Of a stretch of 52,394 nt of DNA, positions 1 to 9,621 are shown piece by piece. Positions within the stretch are counted from its first letter, which is position 1. Each line of letters begins with the position of its first letter. The stretch is from an uncultured Gammaproteobacteria bacterium. GTDB lineage: Bacteria; Patescibacteriota; Patescibacteriia; UBA1558; 2-01-FULL-52-15. The stretch lies in assembly GCA_964360835.1 (NCBI GenBank), contig CAYHYG010000003.1, positions 1 to 52,394 of the forward strand. Reading direction: 5' to 3'. The notes under the pieces are model-generated. The model searched no databases, was not told the DNA's origin, and saw nothing but the letters and a program-made list of their open reading frames with translations. A program made the position numbers and the translations under genes.

Positions 1-125
1 AGCCGATGGTGTGTTCGACAACGCTCCGAACTTCAAGTTCAACGACGACAAGGTCAAGTTCAACACCAACCACGTGAGCAATACCAACGACAACTATGGC
101 TCGGTGTCCGGCTTCCTTCCGAAGT
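1..125 (+). repeat. DGR template-repeat-like segment (TR, possibly VR), truncated by the window edge
   Basis: The frame starting at nt 2 reads ADGVFDNAPNFKFNDDKVKFNTNHVSNTNDNYGSVSGF, with 7 AAC and 1 AAT codons in ~37 codons. It ends in the GC-rich tract ggctcggtgtccggcttcc and lies directly beside an Avd gene and a DGR-type RT. I found no cognate copy in this window. Confidence 0.55.
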
Positions 126-142
126 TTCTCTTTCATACTAGG

Positions 143-172
143 AAAGAGCTGCCCTTAAAAAGGCAGCTCTTT
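143..172. terminator. Perfect 11-bp stem hairpin between the DGR repeat and the avd stop (bidirectional terminator or DGR-associated stem-loop)
   Basis: AAAGAGCTGCC (143-153), loop CTTAAAAA, GGCAGCTCTTT (162-172). It sits 3 nt beyond the avd stop (176-178) and about 25 nt after the GC-rich end of the repeat. Confidence 0.6.
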
Positions 173-175
173 GTT

Positions 176-523
176 CTAGGTACGGAGTGATTTTATCCAG
201 CCGCCCAGCATTCTACCAATCTCATCTATCATAGTTTCTAAGAGAATGTATTTTTTTGTGTCGAGTGCCTTCACCTCTTTTAGAAGCCGTAAGAATACTC
301 GCAAGACATTGAGCTTAACACTTACACGTTCTAAGATAGGAAGCTTATCTTGTTTTGTGAGACTACTGGCATAGAGAATGCCTTCGATAATATCGAGGAT
401 AAGATTCTCTGATCGTTCAAAGGTAGTGAAGCGATCTTGCTTAGGAATCAGGCGACGGTAACTGTTATAGGTTTTGAATAGTTCATAACTTTTCTTGAAG
501 ATAGGGATATCAAAGTCATTCAT
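176..523 (-). CDS. avd: DGR accessory variability determinant (Avd; four-helix-bundle / 23S rRNA intervening-sequence protein family)
   Basis: 115 aa and predicted all-helical. The C-terminal ...IDEIGRMLGGWIKSL is typical of the four-helix-bundle family, and the gene is adjacent to a DGR RT. Confidence 0.8.
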   Translation of the reverse strand: MNDFDIPIFKKSYELFKTYNSYRRLIPKQDRFTTFERSENLILDIIEGILYASSLTKQDKLPILERVSVKLNVLRVFLRLLKEVKALDTKKYILLETMIDEIGRMLGGWIKSLRT

Positions 524-532
524 AGGTACATA

Positions 533-1582
533 ATGAAAATATATAATAATCTTTTTGAGCGCATCCTTTCTTTAGATAATTTATTTTTAGCCTGGGAAGA
601 ATTCCGGCAAGGTAAGAAGTATAAGTCAGATATTGCTGAGTTTGATTTTTATTTAGAGAAGAATTTATTTCAATTGCGACGAGAGTTAAAGAGTCAGACC
701 TATAAACATGGACCATACGTCGGTTTCTATATTAGCGACCCGAAGCTGAGACATATCCATAAAGCCAGTGTCCGAGACAGAGTATTACATCATGCAATTT
801 ATAGCGTTTTAAGTCCTGTGTTTGAGCCTACGTTTATTCCTAATTCTTTTTCCTGTCGCATTGGCAAAGGTACACATAAAGGAGTGTTAGCTTTACAGCA
901 GATGATGAGGCAAGAAAGTCTGAACTATACGAGAAAATGCTTTGCGCTGAAGTGCGACGTTAGTCAGTTTTTTGCTTCGGTTGATCATACAATTCTGCTT
1001 CGTATCCTCAAACGTAAGATTCAGGATAAACAGACAATTTGGTTGCTAGAGGACATTATTAGAAGTTTTAATAATGGCCAGACCAATCTCTTTGATCGAC
1101 AAGGATTACCTATCGGTAATTTGACCTCACAGCTTTTCGCTAACATTTATATGAATGAGTTTGATCAATTCATGAAACATAAGCTTCAGGTACGACATTA
1201 TGCCAGATATACCGATGACTTTGTCATCATTTCCAGTGACCGCTCGTATCTAGAAGACTTATTGCCTCTTATTCAAGAGTTCCTAAAAACTGGATTAGCT
1301 TTAAATCTTCATCCTAGTAAAGTAAGTATTCGTCTCTGTAGCCAAGGCGTAGATTTTCTGGGATATGTTCAATTTCCCCATCATAGACTTTTACGAGCTA
1401 AGACAAGACAAAGGATCTTCCGTAAGTTAAAAGAACGAACGGTTCAATATCGGCAGGACATAATTGAGAAGAAAACAGTCAACGGGGCACTTCAGTCCTA
1501 TTTGGGCACTTTACAGCACGCTAATGCCTACAGACTCTCTCAAGAACTACAGAACCAATACTGGTTCTGGATGACCGAATAA
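533..1582 (+). CDS. Diversity-generating retroelement reverse transcriptase
   Basis: 349 aa. RT motifs are present, including RYTDDFVII (YxDD) and the DGR-diagnostic LPIGNLTSQLFANIYMNEFD (I/LGxxxSQ, where group II introns have QGxxxSP). There is no maturase or endonuclease tail. Confidence 0.85.
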   Translation: MKIYNNLFERILSLDNLFLAWEEFRQGKKYKSDIAEFDFYLEKNLFQLRRELKSQTYKHGPYVGFYISDPKLRHIHKASVRDRVLHHAIYSVLSPVFEPTFIPNSFSCRIGKGTHKGVLALQQMMRQESLNYTRKCFALKCDVSQFFASVDHTILLRILKRKIQDKQTIWLLEDIIRSFNNGQTNLFDRQGLPIGNLTSQLFANIYMNEFDQFMKHKLQVRHYARYTDDFVIISSDRSYLEDLLPLIQEFLKTGLALNLHPSKVSIRLCSQGVDFLGYVQFPHHRLLRAKTRQRIFRKLKERTVQYRQDIIEKKTVNGALQSYLGTLQHANAYRLSQELQNQYWFWMTE

Positions 1583-1869
1583 AAAGACCTCTGAAGAATA
1601 TCTAGATGCAACTAACCAGATACCTTATTCGAGGCATTTCCCTTGGACGGTTTTTTATATTTATTTGTATTCGGACAGTTTGTTTCCCGCATCTTAGCAG
1701 AAAAACAGAACTTTAGGCAATATAGTTACCTACAGGTTACCTCCTTAATAGTCAGAAGATTATAGCCAAAATCAGCGCTTAACGCGATTTAGACTATAGG
1801 TATTATTTAGGTTTAAGAGTATCCAATCTGAACAGTCCCAATAACTCCCGATGTATTATAAAGCGAGAA

Positions 1870-4767
1870 CTAAAAGCCCGTCAGTTGTTGCATTCTGTGT
1901 CTCGTCTTGTACCCGACATATCCGGAGACTGGGGTAATTAAGTATTTTTTCTGGAACTTGATGACCGCATTTCGGGTGAGATTACCAAAGTAACCGCTAA
2001 TCAGAGATTCAACGTAACTCCCTTCATAAACAAGGAATTCCTGTAGGTCTTTGATCGCTTCGCCTCTGTCGCCAAGTTTCATATCAGTACTGAACACAAC
2101 GAAATCTCCGGGAACCTGAAGGCGAGTTTCGGCTTGAGAGACAATATTGAGTTTCGTTTGCGTTGCAGTATCTACTACGCCGGTTACCGGCAGGCCATGC
2201 TTGGCTTGAAATTTCTTGAGTGCTTTTTCGGTAAGGGAGCCAAAGTAGCCGGTGATCATTCTTTCGGGGAACGATACATTTTCAAGCGCAAGAATTTCCT
2301 GTAAGTGTTCTACCTCAACGTCTTTATCACCCTTCTTGTGACTGCGAACAAAGTGCATAATGGGCAGAGCGGAAACGAGCGAGCCGCTTTCGTTGAACGT
2401 TATCTGCGTATTTCCGACTTTGGGTGCAAGTGAGACACGGACTGGATCAGAATAGGTTTTTGAGTGATTGTACGAATAGAGCGCGTAGTAATAGGTTGTG
2501 CCGTTTACGACATTGGTGTCGGTAAATGTTTCGCCCCGGCCTTCATAGATCGTTTGCCCGTCAGATGACGAATTCGGATAGCTTCCTTCTTTTCGCACGA
2601 CGATGGTGCGGACAAAGTCTTCTTCTCCAGGATTATTCCATTCAAAAATGATTTGATTGTCAGCCCGCTCGACTTTGACCGTGGTTGGTTCAAAACTGAA
2701 CGTCGCGTTACCACCCGAGCCAGTGCCGTATTCCTGGCGTACATGAAGTGAACCGCCGATCGAAGACCCTGAGCTTGCCTGCGGTGAGCCTGTCGAACCC
2801 GTCGAAGGGCTCCCGCCGCTAGACACATGCGCGCTTTCATTAATAACACTCGCGCCAGTAGTAGTCCTAATGGAAACAATGTTTGAAATCGGCGACCAGT
2901 CTCTTGCCTGATGTTTCGATTTAACTGCGAAATAGTACGTCGTGTTTGGATTAAGGCCGGCCACGATGTAATTACGCTCCATCCCTTCCGGATCGAGGTC
3001 ACTGTGATACACAGGCGTGAGCTGTGCCTCGGTCGTATTTGTGTAATTCTCTGCCGTTATCGGGCTGGTGCTGTAACGGATATCGTACTCGTACGAGATA
3101 TCTGTATTTTCCGAATCTGTACGCCATGTGAGATCAACCGAAAACTGGTCATAGCCACCTATGACAAGCGTGGAAAGAGCTGTCGGTGCTGACAGCGGAG
3201 TACTTGGAGCGGCTGTGGTGAAGGTATGATCATCCGAAAACGTGATATTCCCGACTTCATCTACTGACTTTACCCTGTAATGATATGTTGTCCCCGGCTC
3301 AAGATTGGCAAGCGAAATGGCATGAGAAGTCACAAGCGAAGAATTGAATGAGCTCTCTTCTCCGTAACTTGTACTCAAACCGTATTCAACCTGAGACGTA
3401 GCGCCTTTATCAGTCGTCCAGGAAATAGTCCCGCCGGATGTAGTTATTGAACCGACAGTTACAGACGTAACATTGGCCGCAGGAACTATAGGTACTGAAT
3501 GAGAGAGTGTTGAGAATTCATGATAACCAGAAATAGTGGCGACTACTGCACCGACCGGCTTTGATTTAATGCGATAAACGTAATTGGTATTGGGAGAAAG
3601 ATTGGAAATAGTGACGGAGTGAGAAGTACCCAAAGCACTACTAAGGGTCGTGAGCGAGCCAAGATCAAGACTGTCGCCGTACTCTATCTGGGAATCGGAC
3701 GGAAGATCAGTCAGCCAGGTGATGGTAACTTCTGATGTTGAAATCGAGGCGGTCTCGACGCTGGAAATGAGCAAGGTTGCGTTTTGTGAAGTAGTTGTAT
3801 CTCCTGTCTCTCCGGTTATGGTTGCTTCCGGAGCGATAACGGTAACCTCACTGGAGACAATTGAAGCGGTGGTGAAGGTATTGTCTGGACTGGTGGCGGT
3901 ATTGCCGATCTCGTCGGCGGTACGAATGCGGTAGTGATATTCGGTACCAGGAGTGAGTCCGATAAGGGTGATGCTGTGGTTAAGTGTGAGAGATGTATTA
4001 AGCGGTGTAACTTCACCGTACCCGGCTGTGGCGCCGTATTCAACTTATGAATTGGCCACGCTGTCTGTCGTCCAGTTGATGGTAACGCTATCCGTATTTA
4101 CGGACGTGATCGTCACAAGCGAAATGTCCGGCGGCGTGGTGTCCACGATTACGGATATGCCATCGCTCGTACCTGATTCGACGGCCGTAGTAAATTCATG
4201 GTCACAGGAATTTCTGGTATTACCTAGGAGATCAGTGGCATGAATGCAGTAATAATAGGTTGTGCCGGGAGTGAGTCCGGTGAGAATTGCCGTGTGTACT
4301 AAAAGGGCGCCAGCCTCGAGCGTAGCATTCTGCCCATAGCTTTGCGTTATGCCGTACTCAAGGCGAGAGGTCGCAAGCTCATCGGTCGTCCAGACGATCG
4401 TGGCTTCACTCAAGCCAAGTGAAAGATCAGCCACGCCGGAGATTGTCGGAGCGGTTGTATCCGTCGGCGGTATGCCTGATACGGTTTCTGTCACCGTCTC
4501 TGTGGTGGTCTGTACTTCCGGCTCAAGACCTTCGGCTTCGGCTGGTGAGTCAACAACAGGAGCAGACTCTACAACTGGTTCAGGTGCGACAACCGGCTCA
4601 GATACTGGCGCTGGCTCAGCTGTCGGAGCGGCGATATCGCCAAGCTGGGCGAATGTCGGAGCGACCGGAAGTATTAGAAGAGAGAAAACAAGAACAAATA
4701 ACAAAACTCTAAAGGAACTACGGGCAATTTTCATTTTCATCCCGTTAGATACTACATAGATATTCAT
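1870..4767 (-). pseudogene. Secreted Fn3-repeat / peptidoglycan-binding (PG_binding_1 x2) surface protein interrupted by a single in-frame TAA at 4045-4047
   Basis: ORFs 4045..4767 and 1870..3774 plus the untracked 3775-4044 lie in one frame. The N-terminal signal peptide is MKMKIARSSFRVLLFVLVFSLLILPVAPTFA. Repeated W(T/L)TD...(Q/R)xEYG...Y(H/Y)YR Fn3-like units occur throughout. The C-terminus has two GYFG.LT..A..KFQ..(H)GL motifs. The likely start is 4740 or 4734. Confidence 0.6.
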
Positions 4768-5070
4768 AATATTTTGTTAATTCCTGCCGTTATTCTTGGC
4801 TTCAGGATCCACCTAGGTCTGAAGAAAATATCTAACAGGGGTGAATATTTAAATTAGTTAATAATTTTGTTTCAAAAAACGAGATGATGGATGTGTTAAT
4901 TATAGCAGAGTGTAGCGCTATTTGATATCCATGTCCTCAAGAATCATAATTTTAAATATCTGATGAAAGTTTCAAAAAAGACTAGACACTAAAAACTGAA
5001 CGTTATCGCCCGACCTGGACTTCCTTGACCCAGGCGGTACTGTACTGACTGGATAGAGAAAGTAACCAAC

Positions 5071-6414
5071 TTGCCTTATATGGAAACCTATAGCCTACCT
5101 AATCACGTCCTAGACAGGTCAAAAACTACAAATCTTGAAATTCAGAAGGTGAGGTATTGTCTCTATGCTCGAAAATCGACAGAATCAGAGGAGCGTCAAG
5201 TTCTTTCTATAGATAGCCAGATCAAAGAAATGCTCCAGCTGGCTGAACGAGAGAACCTGGAGGTCGTAGAGATTAAGCGAGAAAGCCACTCAGCTAAAGC
5301 GACTGGCCAACGAGAGATATTTAATGAGCTCATAACGGATATCAAACAAGAGAAATTTAATGGCATTCTAACCTGGGCTCCAGATAGAATCTCTAGAAAC
5401 GCTGGAGACTTAGGAGCTATTGTTGATCTGATGGATGAAAAACTCCTACAAGAGATTCGTACCTTTAGCCAATCTTTCACTAATAACCCGAATGAAAAGT
5501 TTCTTTTAATGATCCTTGGTTCACAAGCCAAGTTGGAAAATGATAATAGAGGCATTAATGTGAAACGAGGTATGAGAGCCAGAGTTGAGATGGGATTATG
5601 GCCAGGCCCGGCTCCAATAGGATATCTCAATCAAAAGAATATAGATAAGAAATGCCAGATCATTCCTGATCCTGATCGAGCTGCTATCGTAAAACGGATA
5701 TTTGAAAAAGTAGCTTATGAGCATTGGAGCGGCCGAAAGCTCTATCACTGGCTTAAGTTCGAGATTAACTTTAAGACTAAGGGCAATAAGAATCTAGCGC
5801 TCAGTACAATATTTAGAATACTAAACAATCCTTTTTATTATGGCGTCCATGAATATCCGAAAGGAAGCGGTAATTGGTATACAGGGAAGCATAGTCCAAT
5901 AATCTCCAAAGACCTGTATGAGAAAGCTCAAAATCAAATGCCTCGTTTTGTAGGAACCAAAGGCACTAAAGAATTTGCCTTCACCAAATTGCTTACCTGT
6001 GGCTTATGTGGATCAGGTATAACTGGAGAGGAAAAACATAAAACCCTAAAGGACGGATCAGGAGTTAAATACATTTATTATGGTTGTACTAGAGCAAGAG
6101 ATCGGAATTGTAAGAATACCTATCTGCGAGAAGAAGAACTTATAAAACAACTGGCTGAGATTATAGATCAATTAGAAATTGATAGGCTCGGAATGAGGCA
6201 CAGGCTTGAAGTAGAGGTTGAAAGATTTAATACATTTCAAACTTCCATTTTGGGTAGTACGAATGCTAAAGAGGTAAAATTAAGAGAAATTGATATTAAA
6301 GCTTATGCTAAATATTTATTGAAGAATGGAACCATTCAGGAAAAAAGGGACTTGCTGATATTACTACGAAGTAAATTAGTTTGTACTAATAAGAGAATAG
6401 AGGTTATTCAGTAG
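5071..6414 (+). CDS. Large serine recombinase (resolvase/invertase catalytic domain + recombinase domain + zinc ribbon)
   Basis: Catalytic motif YARKSTESEERQVLSIDSQ. Cys cluster CGLCGS...YYGC...C and a C-terminal coiled-coil-like tail. The track start is TTG; ATG at 5080 is an alternative. Confidence 0.85.
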   Translation: MPYMETYSLPNHVLDRSKTTNLEIQKVRYCLYARKSTESEERQVLSIDSQIKEMLQLAERENLEVVEIKRESHSAKATGQREIFNELITDIKQEKFNGILTWAPDRISRNAGDLGAIVDLMDEKLLQEIRTFSQSFTNNPNEKFLLMILGSQAKLENDNRGINVKRGMRARVEMGLWPGPAPIGYLNQKNIDKKCQIIPDPDRAAIVKRIFEKVAYEHWSGRKLYHWLKFEINFKTKGNKNLALSTIFRILNNPFYYGVHEYPKGSGNWYTGKHSPIISKDLYEKAQNQMPRFVGTKGTKEFAFTKLLTCGLCGSGITGEEKHKTLKDGSGVKYIYYGCTRARDRNCKNTYLREEELIKQLAEIIDQLEIDRLGMRHRLEVEVERFNTFQTSILGSTNAKEVKLREIDIKAYAKYLLKNGTIQEKRDLLILLRSKLVCTNKRIEVIQ

Positions 6415-6444
6415 AGCGGCCATATTTGACAAACTACTCGTTAT

Positions 6445-7332
6445 ATGGTAATATACCATTATATGAAAAATTTCTTACGATCCCTAGTATTATCTTTAGC
6501 TCTAGTAACTCTACTACTTCCAAATCTTTCTTTTGCGTACGTAAGCGTTAAAGGATATTATCGTTCCAACGGTACGTATGTTCAGCCCTATGTTCGTAGT
6601 AACCCCAATGGACTAAAATATGATAATTATGGTTACACACCAAGTCAGGGGTTTTATAATCCCTCCTACGGTACGAAAGGCTCAACATGGGATACACCAA
6701 CCTGGACGACTGATCCGGATTATTATACAGGTAAGCAACTTTATGAAAATGGACAGTCGGGAGTCGTTAGCCCTTCTTCTCAGACAGGCCAATTTCAAAA
6801 GACTCAAATTATTGTTCCATCGAATGCAACACTGAATTATTTTGGTACTGACTGGAGTTGTAACAAAGGTTATAAAAGGATCGGCACTCAATGTGAGCAA
6901 GTAACTATTCCTAGTAATGCCGTGCTCGATTACTGGGGCAGCGATTGGACATGTAACAAAGGTTATAAGAGGATTGGAAATTACTGCCAACAAGTAATAA
7001 TTCCTCAAAACGCACAACTTGATTACTGGGGATCAGACTGGACATGTAACAAAGGTTATAAACGTGTAGATAATAGTTGTCAGTCAGTAATCATTCCTTC
7101 AAATGCATCCCTTGATTACTGGGGTACTGATTGGACATGTAATCGCGGTTACAAAAGGGTAGGTTACGGCTGTCAGATGGTGCAAATTCCAATGAATGCC
7201 CAGTTAGACTATTGGGGCAGCGATTGGACTTGCAATAGAGGCTATTATAGAACTGCAAATAGCTGTGTTCAGGTAGTCTGTGGAACCAATCAAAAATTAG
7301 ATTATTGGGGAACTGGTTGCGTTAGTTACTAA
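6445..7332 (+). CDS. Secreted Cys-containing repeat protein (31-aa LDYWGxDWTCNxGYKRxxxxCQxVxIPxNAx units)
   Basis: N-terminal signal-like helix LRSLVLSLALVTLLLPNLSFA, then 5 full and 1 partial repeat with two Cys each. An alternative start is at 6463. Confidence 0.6.
   Translation: MVIYHYMKNFLRSLVLSLALVTLLLPNLSFAYVSVKGYYRSNGTYVQPYVRSNPNGLKYDNYGYTPSQGFYNPSYGTKGSTWDTPTWTTDPDYYTGKQLYENGQSGVVSPSSQTGQFQKTQIIVPSNATLNYFGTDWSCNKGYKRIGTQCEQVTIPSNAVLDYWGSDWTCNKGYKRIGNYCQQVIIPQNAQLDYWGSDWTCNKGYKRVDNSCQSVIIPSNASLDYWGTDWTCNRGYKRVGYGCQMVQIPMNAQLDYWGSDWTCNRGYYRTANSCVQVVCGTNQKLDYWGTGCVSY
6835..7332 (+). repeat. 93-bp in-frame tandem repeat, about 5.3 copies
   Basis: The (N/D)Y(F/W)G codon block recurs at 6835, 6928, 7021, 7114, 7207 and 7300, an exact 93-nt spacing. 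Confidence 0.85.
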
Positions 7333-7371
7333 GTTATTGAAAATATCTTTGCTCTAGAGCCAAATAAAAAG

Positions 7372-7395
7372 CATTAGCGAAGGCTAGTGTTTTTT
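7372..7395 (+). terminator. Rho-independent terminator after the repeat-protein gene
   Basis: CATTAGC-GAAG-GCTAGTG stem (one G-U pair) followed by TTTTTT. Confidence 0.55.
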
Positions 7396-7409
7396 GCTAC
7401 TATTGTTCT

Positions 7410-8255
7410 ATGAAAATACTAGCTTATCTCATTAAATCCTTTACAAGTGATAAGGCATTCGGCAATCCGGCTGGTGTTGTGATAGATGCTAATGACTTAA
7501 CTGATCGTCAAATTCTTAAGCTGACTCAAGATTTAGGATTTGGAGAATCTGCCTTTCTTCAGAAGTCTCTTGTCGCTGATTATAAAATCAGATTATTTTC
7601 AGTAATTAAAGAGGTTAATTCCTGCGTCACAGCTACGCTAGCAGCCGCTTTTGTTATTCATCAGCAATCAGGAAAGAATAAAATTAATTTTGAGACGAAA
7701 GTTGGGAATCGGGAAGTTTTCATTGCTTCTGACGGTTTATTACTTATCAAACAACCGCCAGTCGAATTCAGCAATGTTGCAATTGATAAAACTAGAGTAG
7801 CTTCACTTTTAAACATACCTGAAAATAAAATCTCTGATTATCCTTTGGAAGTTGGGTCTGTTGGAACGCCTAAACTATTAATTCCTATAAAAAGCCTGGG
7901 CGATTTATTTTTTATCAAACCTAATCTAGATGCTATTGCTTTCTACTGTCAGAAGATTGGGGCTAGAGGATTTTACCCTTTTACCCTTGAAACAAAAAAT
8001 CAGGGATCTGATTTCCATGCTCGTCAATTCAATCCATTGGACGGTATTGCCGAGGATCCTGTCACCGGTGTTGCAGCTGCCGTTTTGGCAGAGTATCTTA
8101 AAAAATATTCAATTGTATCAAAAAAACGTTTGATCGGTGAACAAGGTTATATTATCAATAAACCCGGAGAAATAATAATTGAAATGAGTCCGGACGGCAT
8201 TTATGTTGGCGGTTATGCTAGAGAGTTTGGTCTGAAAAAGCTAGAGGTAAAATAG
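7410..8255 (+). CDS. PhzF-family (phenazine biosynthesis-like) isomerase
   Basis: 281 aa. N-terminal ...FTSDKAFGNPAGVV... and ...ESAFL... signature spacing typical of the PhzF / DAP-epimerase-like fold. Confidence 0.7.
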   Translation: MKILAYLIKSFTSDKAFGNPAGVVIDANDLTDRQILKLTQDLGFGESAFLQKSLVADYKIRLFSVIKEVNSCVTATLAAAFVIHQQSGKNKINFETKVGNREVFIASDGLLLIKQPPVEFSNVAIDKTRVASLLNIPENKISDYPLEVGSVGTPKLLIPIKSLGDLFFIKPNLDAIAFYCQKIGARGFYPFTLETKNQGSDFHARQFNPLDGIAEDPVTGVAAAVLAEYLKKYSIVSKKRLIGEQGYIINKPGEIIIEMSPDGIYVGGYAREFGLKKLEVK

Positions 8256-8327
8256 ATCTTAGTTCTATCTTAACGAGCTTGAAACCAATAAAAAACAACG
8301 ACGTTTAGCGCTGTGTCTTTGGTGTAT

Positions 8328-8364
8328 TTGACCCGCATGGGTCACCGATACTTTTTAAATGTGG
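8328..8364. repeat. Copy B of a ~38-nt direct repeat (hairpin GACCC-GCAT-GGGTC followed by ACCGATACTTTTTAAATGTGG)
   Basis: Matches 10129-10166 at 35 of 38 aligned columns, including a 20-nt identical run CCGATACTTTTTAAATGTGG. It lies just downstream of the stop of the 8440..9621 gene. Confidence 0.75.
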
Positions 8365-8439
8365 CGGGCCACTAAGGTCTGGTGCCACCAGTTTAGCAGA
8401 CTTTGAGGGGGTTTTAAAGAGCTTTGGCTAGGGGTTGCT

Positions 8440-9621
8440 TTAGGCGGATGGGTCGCGCCTTTTTTTGTCAGTAAAAATATCTTCGTAGACTGGTTTAACT
8501 AATCGATAAAGGCATCCCTCAAATGACTTAGTATACCCAAATAACTCAAAGCCATTTTTTTCGACGAATAAATTATTAATTGCTTCTGTATTATCATCGG
8601 ATATCAAATCTTGCGAATGAACGTCGCATACTATTCTCAAAATTGCATATTCTTTTGCAATATCAGCAATATAATCTAAAAGCTGACTACCTATACCTTT
8701 ATTTCGCCATTCAGATTTTACAAAAACATCTTCTATGGATAATACGTCGCCACAACTATCAAACCTAAAATGTAACCATCCGACAATAAGGTTATCCCTG
8801 TACACATTTATAACATGCTGCTCCCGTCTAGCCGGAATAAGAGAGTTATATACTTTATACTCATAATCAAGTTCACCAACTTTTTTAATTGTGCCCTTTT
8901 CATTTGTACTGAACCTTCGATCTACCCACGCTTCAACCATATATCTATCAACATATTTATAGTGTAAATATCCCCAACCTCTATCTCCCCACTCAATTCC
9001 CCAAGAATTTAAAAATTTAATAATTTTCCTCTTTGGATCGTAACCACCAATCATAACGGAGTGATTTCCTTTCGACTTATGCCATATTTTGGGAAGCGGA
9101 ACTAGTCCACTTGGAGCGGTATACATTCCCTTAAAATATTTAAAGCATAGCACGGTAGGTGAATAGGGGAGAACTCTTATAATATCTTGTACTGAATTAA
9201 GTCTTTCGTAAGTTGAACTTCTAAACCTAAGAGCGTTATCTAAGGCTCCTTGAGGAATTGGCTTTTTTAGAAACTCCTTTATGTGTTCCCTTGAGGCGTC
9301 CTGGAGAGAAAAATCATAGTCCTTCTTTAAAATAGATCCCCATCCCTTACCTACTCGCATAGCCCACCAACTAGTAGAACCTTCTTCAAAATCTAGGGTG
9401 CCATCTATCTGCTTAATCAGGGCGTGACTAGCCGTAGGGGAAAAGATTCTTTCCTCAATACCGTTTGAATCTTCATTTTTAATTGCCGTCTGTTTAGATA
9501 TTTTTTGTATATTACTCGACCGTTGTCTTTTGTTTGGTCCACGGCTTATAGAGTCTCCAAAAACTTTTCGAGCTTTTTTGATGCTAATTCCAATTTTCTT
9601 CTTTTTCTCACGCTTCTTCAT
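8440..9621 (-). CDS. Fusion protein: lysine-rich N-terminus + papain-like (C1) peptidase-like domain + C-terminal GNAT acetyltransferase domain
   Basis: C1-like His/Asn region GNHSVMIGGYD...LNSWGIEWGDRGWGYLHY. GNAT motif A VFVKSEWRNKGIGSQLLDYIADIA. The stretch expected to hold the C1 nucleophile reads EEGSTSWWAM. Confidence 0.55.
   Translation of the reverse strand: MKKREKKKKIGISIKKARKVFGDSISRGPNKRQRSSNIQKISKQTAIKNEDSNGIEERIFSPTASHALIKQIDGTLDFEEGSTSWWAMRVGKGWGSILKKDYDFSLQDASREHIKEFLKKPIPQGALDNALRFRSSTYERLNSVQDIIRVLPYSPTVLCFKYFKGMYTAPSGLVPLPKIWHKSKGNHSVMIGGYDPKRKIIKFLNSWGIEWGDRGWGYLHYKYVDRYMVEAWVDRRFSTNEKGTIKKVGELDYEYKVYNSLIPARREQHVINVYRDNLIVGWLHFRFDSCGDVLSIEDVFVKSEWRNKGIGSQLLDYIADIAKEYAILRIVCDVHSQDLISDDNTEAINNLFVEKNGFELFGYTKSFEGCLYRLVKPVYEDIFTDKKRRDPSA

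Noticed and set aside
1583-1869. A possible TR or VR copy in the 287-nt non-coding stretch downstream of the RT.
   Set aside because: I found no similarity to nt 1-125 (no ggctcggtgtccggcttcc-like anchor and no AAC-rich run). The content of this spacer remains unexplained.
4045-4047. Stop-codon reassignment (TAA read as Gln) as the explanation for the in-frame TAA.
   Set aside because: Several well-defined genes in the window terminate at TAA exactly where homologs end and where the next gene begins (for example pilM at 31616-31618, pilC at 24682-24684 and gatC at 15151-15153). No other long gene shows internal TAA. A single C-to-T change is the simpler explanation.
2505-4759. Multiple 60-165-aa ORFs in the track overlapping the Fn3 gene on either strand. 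The same is seen inside recombinase, ligA, pilB, clpC and others (for example 5196..5630, 16090..16534, 28341..28706, 46578..47069).
   Set aside because: They lie entirely within long ORFs that have recognisable domains. Their low-complexity or Arg/Ser-rich composition is typical of off-frame translation, and they have no start context of their own.
1870-4767. The Fn3/PG-binding protein, or the 696-aa protein C-terminus (which shares gccgatggt with nt 2-10), as the DGR target.
   Set aside because: There is no extended match to the repeat. Mismatches occur at non-adenine positions, and neither protein ends in a C-type-lectin-like VR.
6835-7332. A CRISPR-like or non-coding satellite interpretation of the 93-bp periodicity.
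   Set aside because: The repeats are contiguous with no unique spacers, in frame, and encode a conserved Cys/Trp/Tyr module inside a signal-peptide-bearing ORF.
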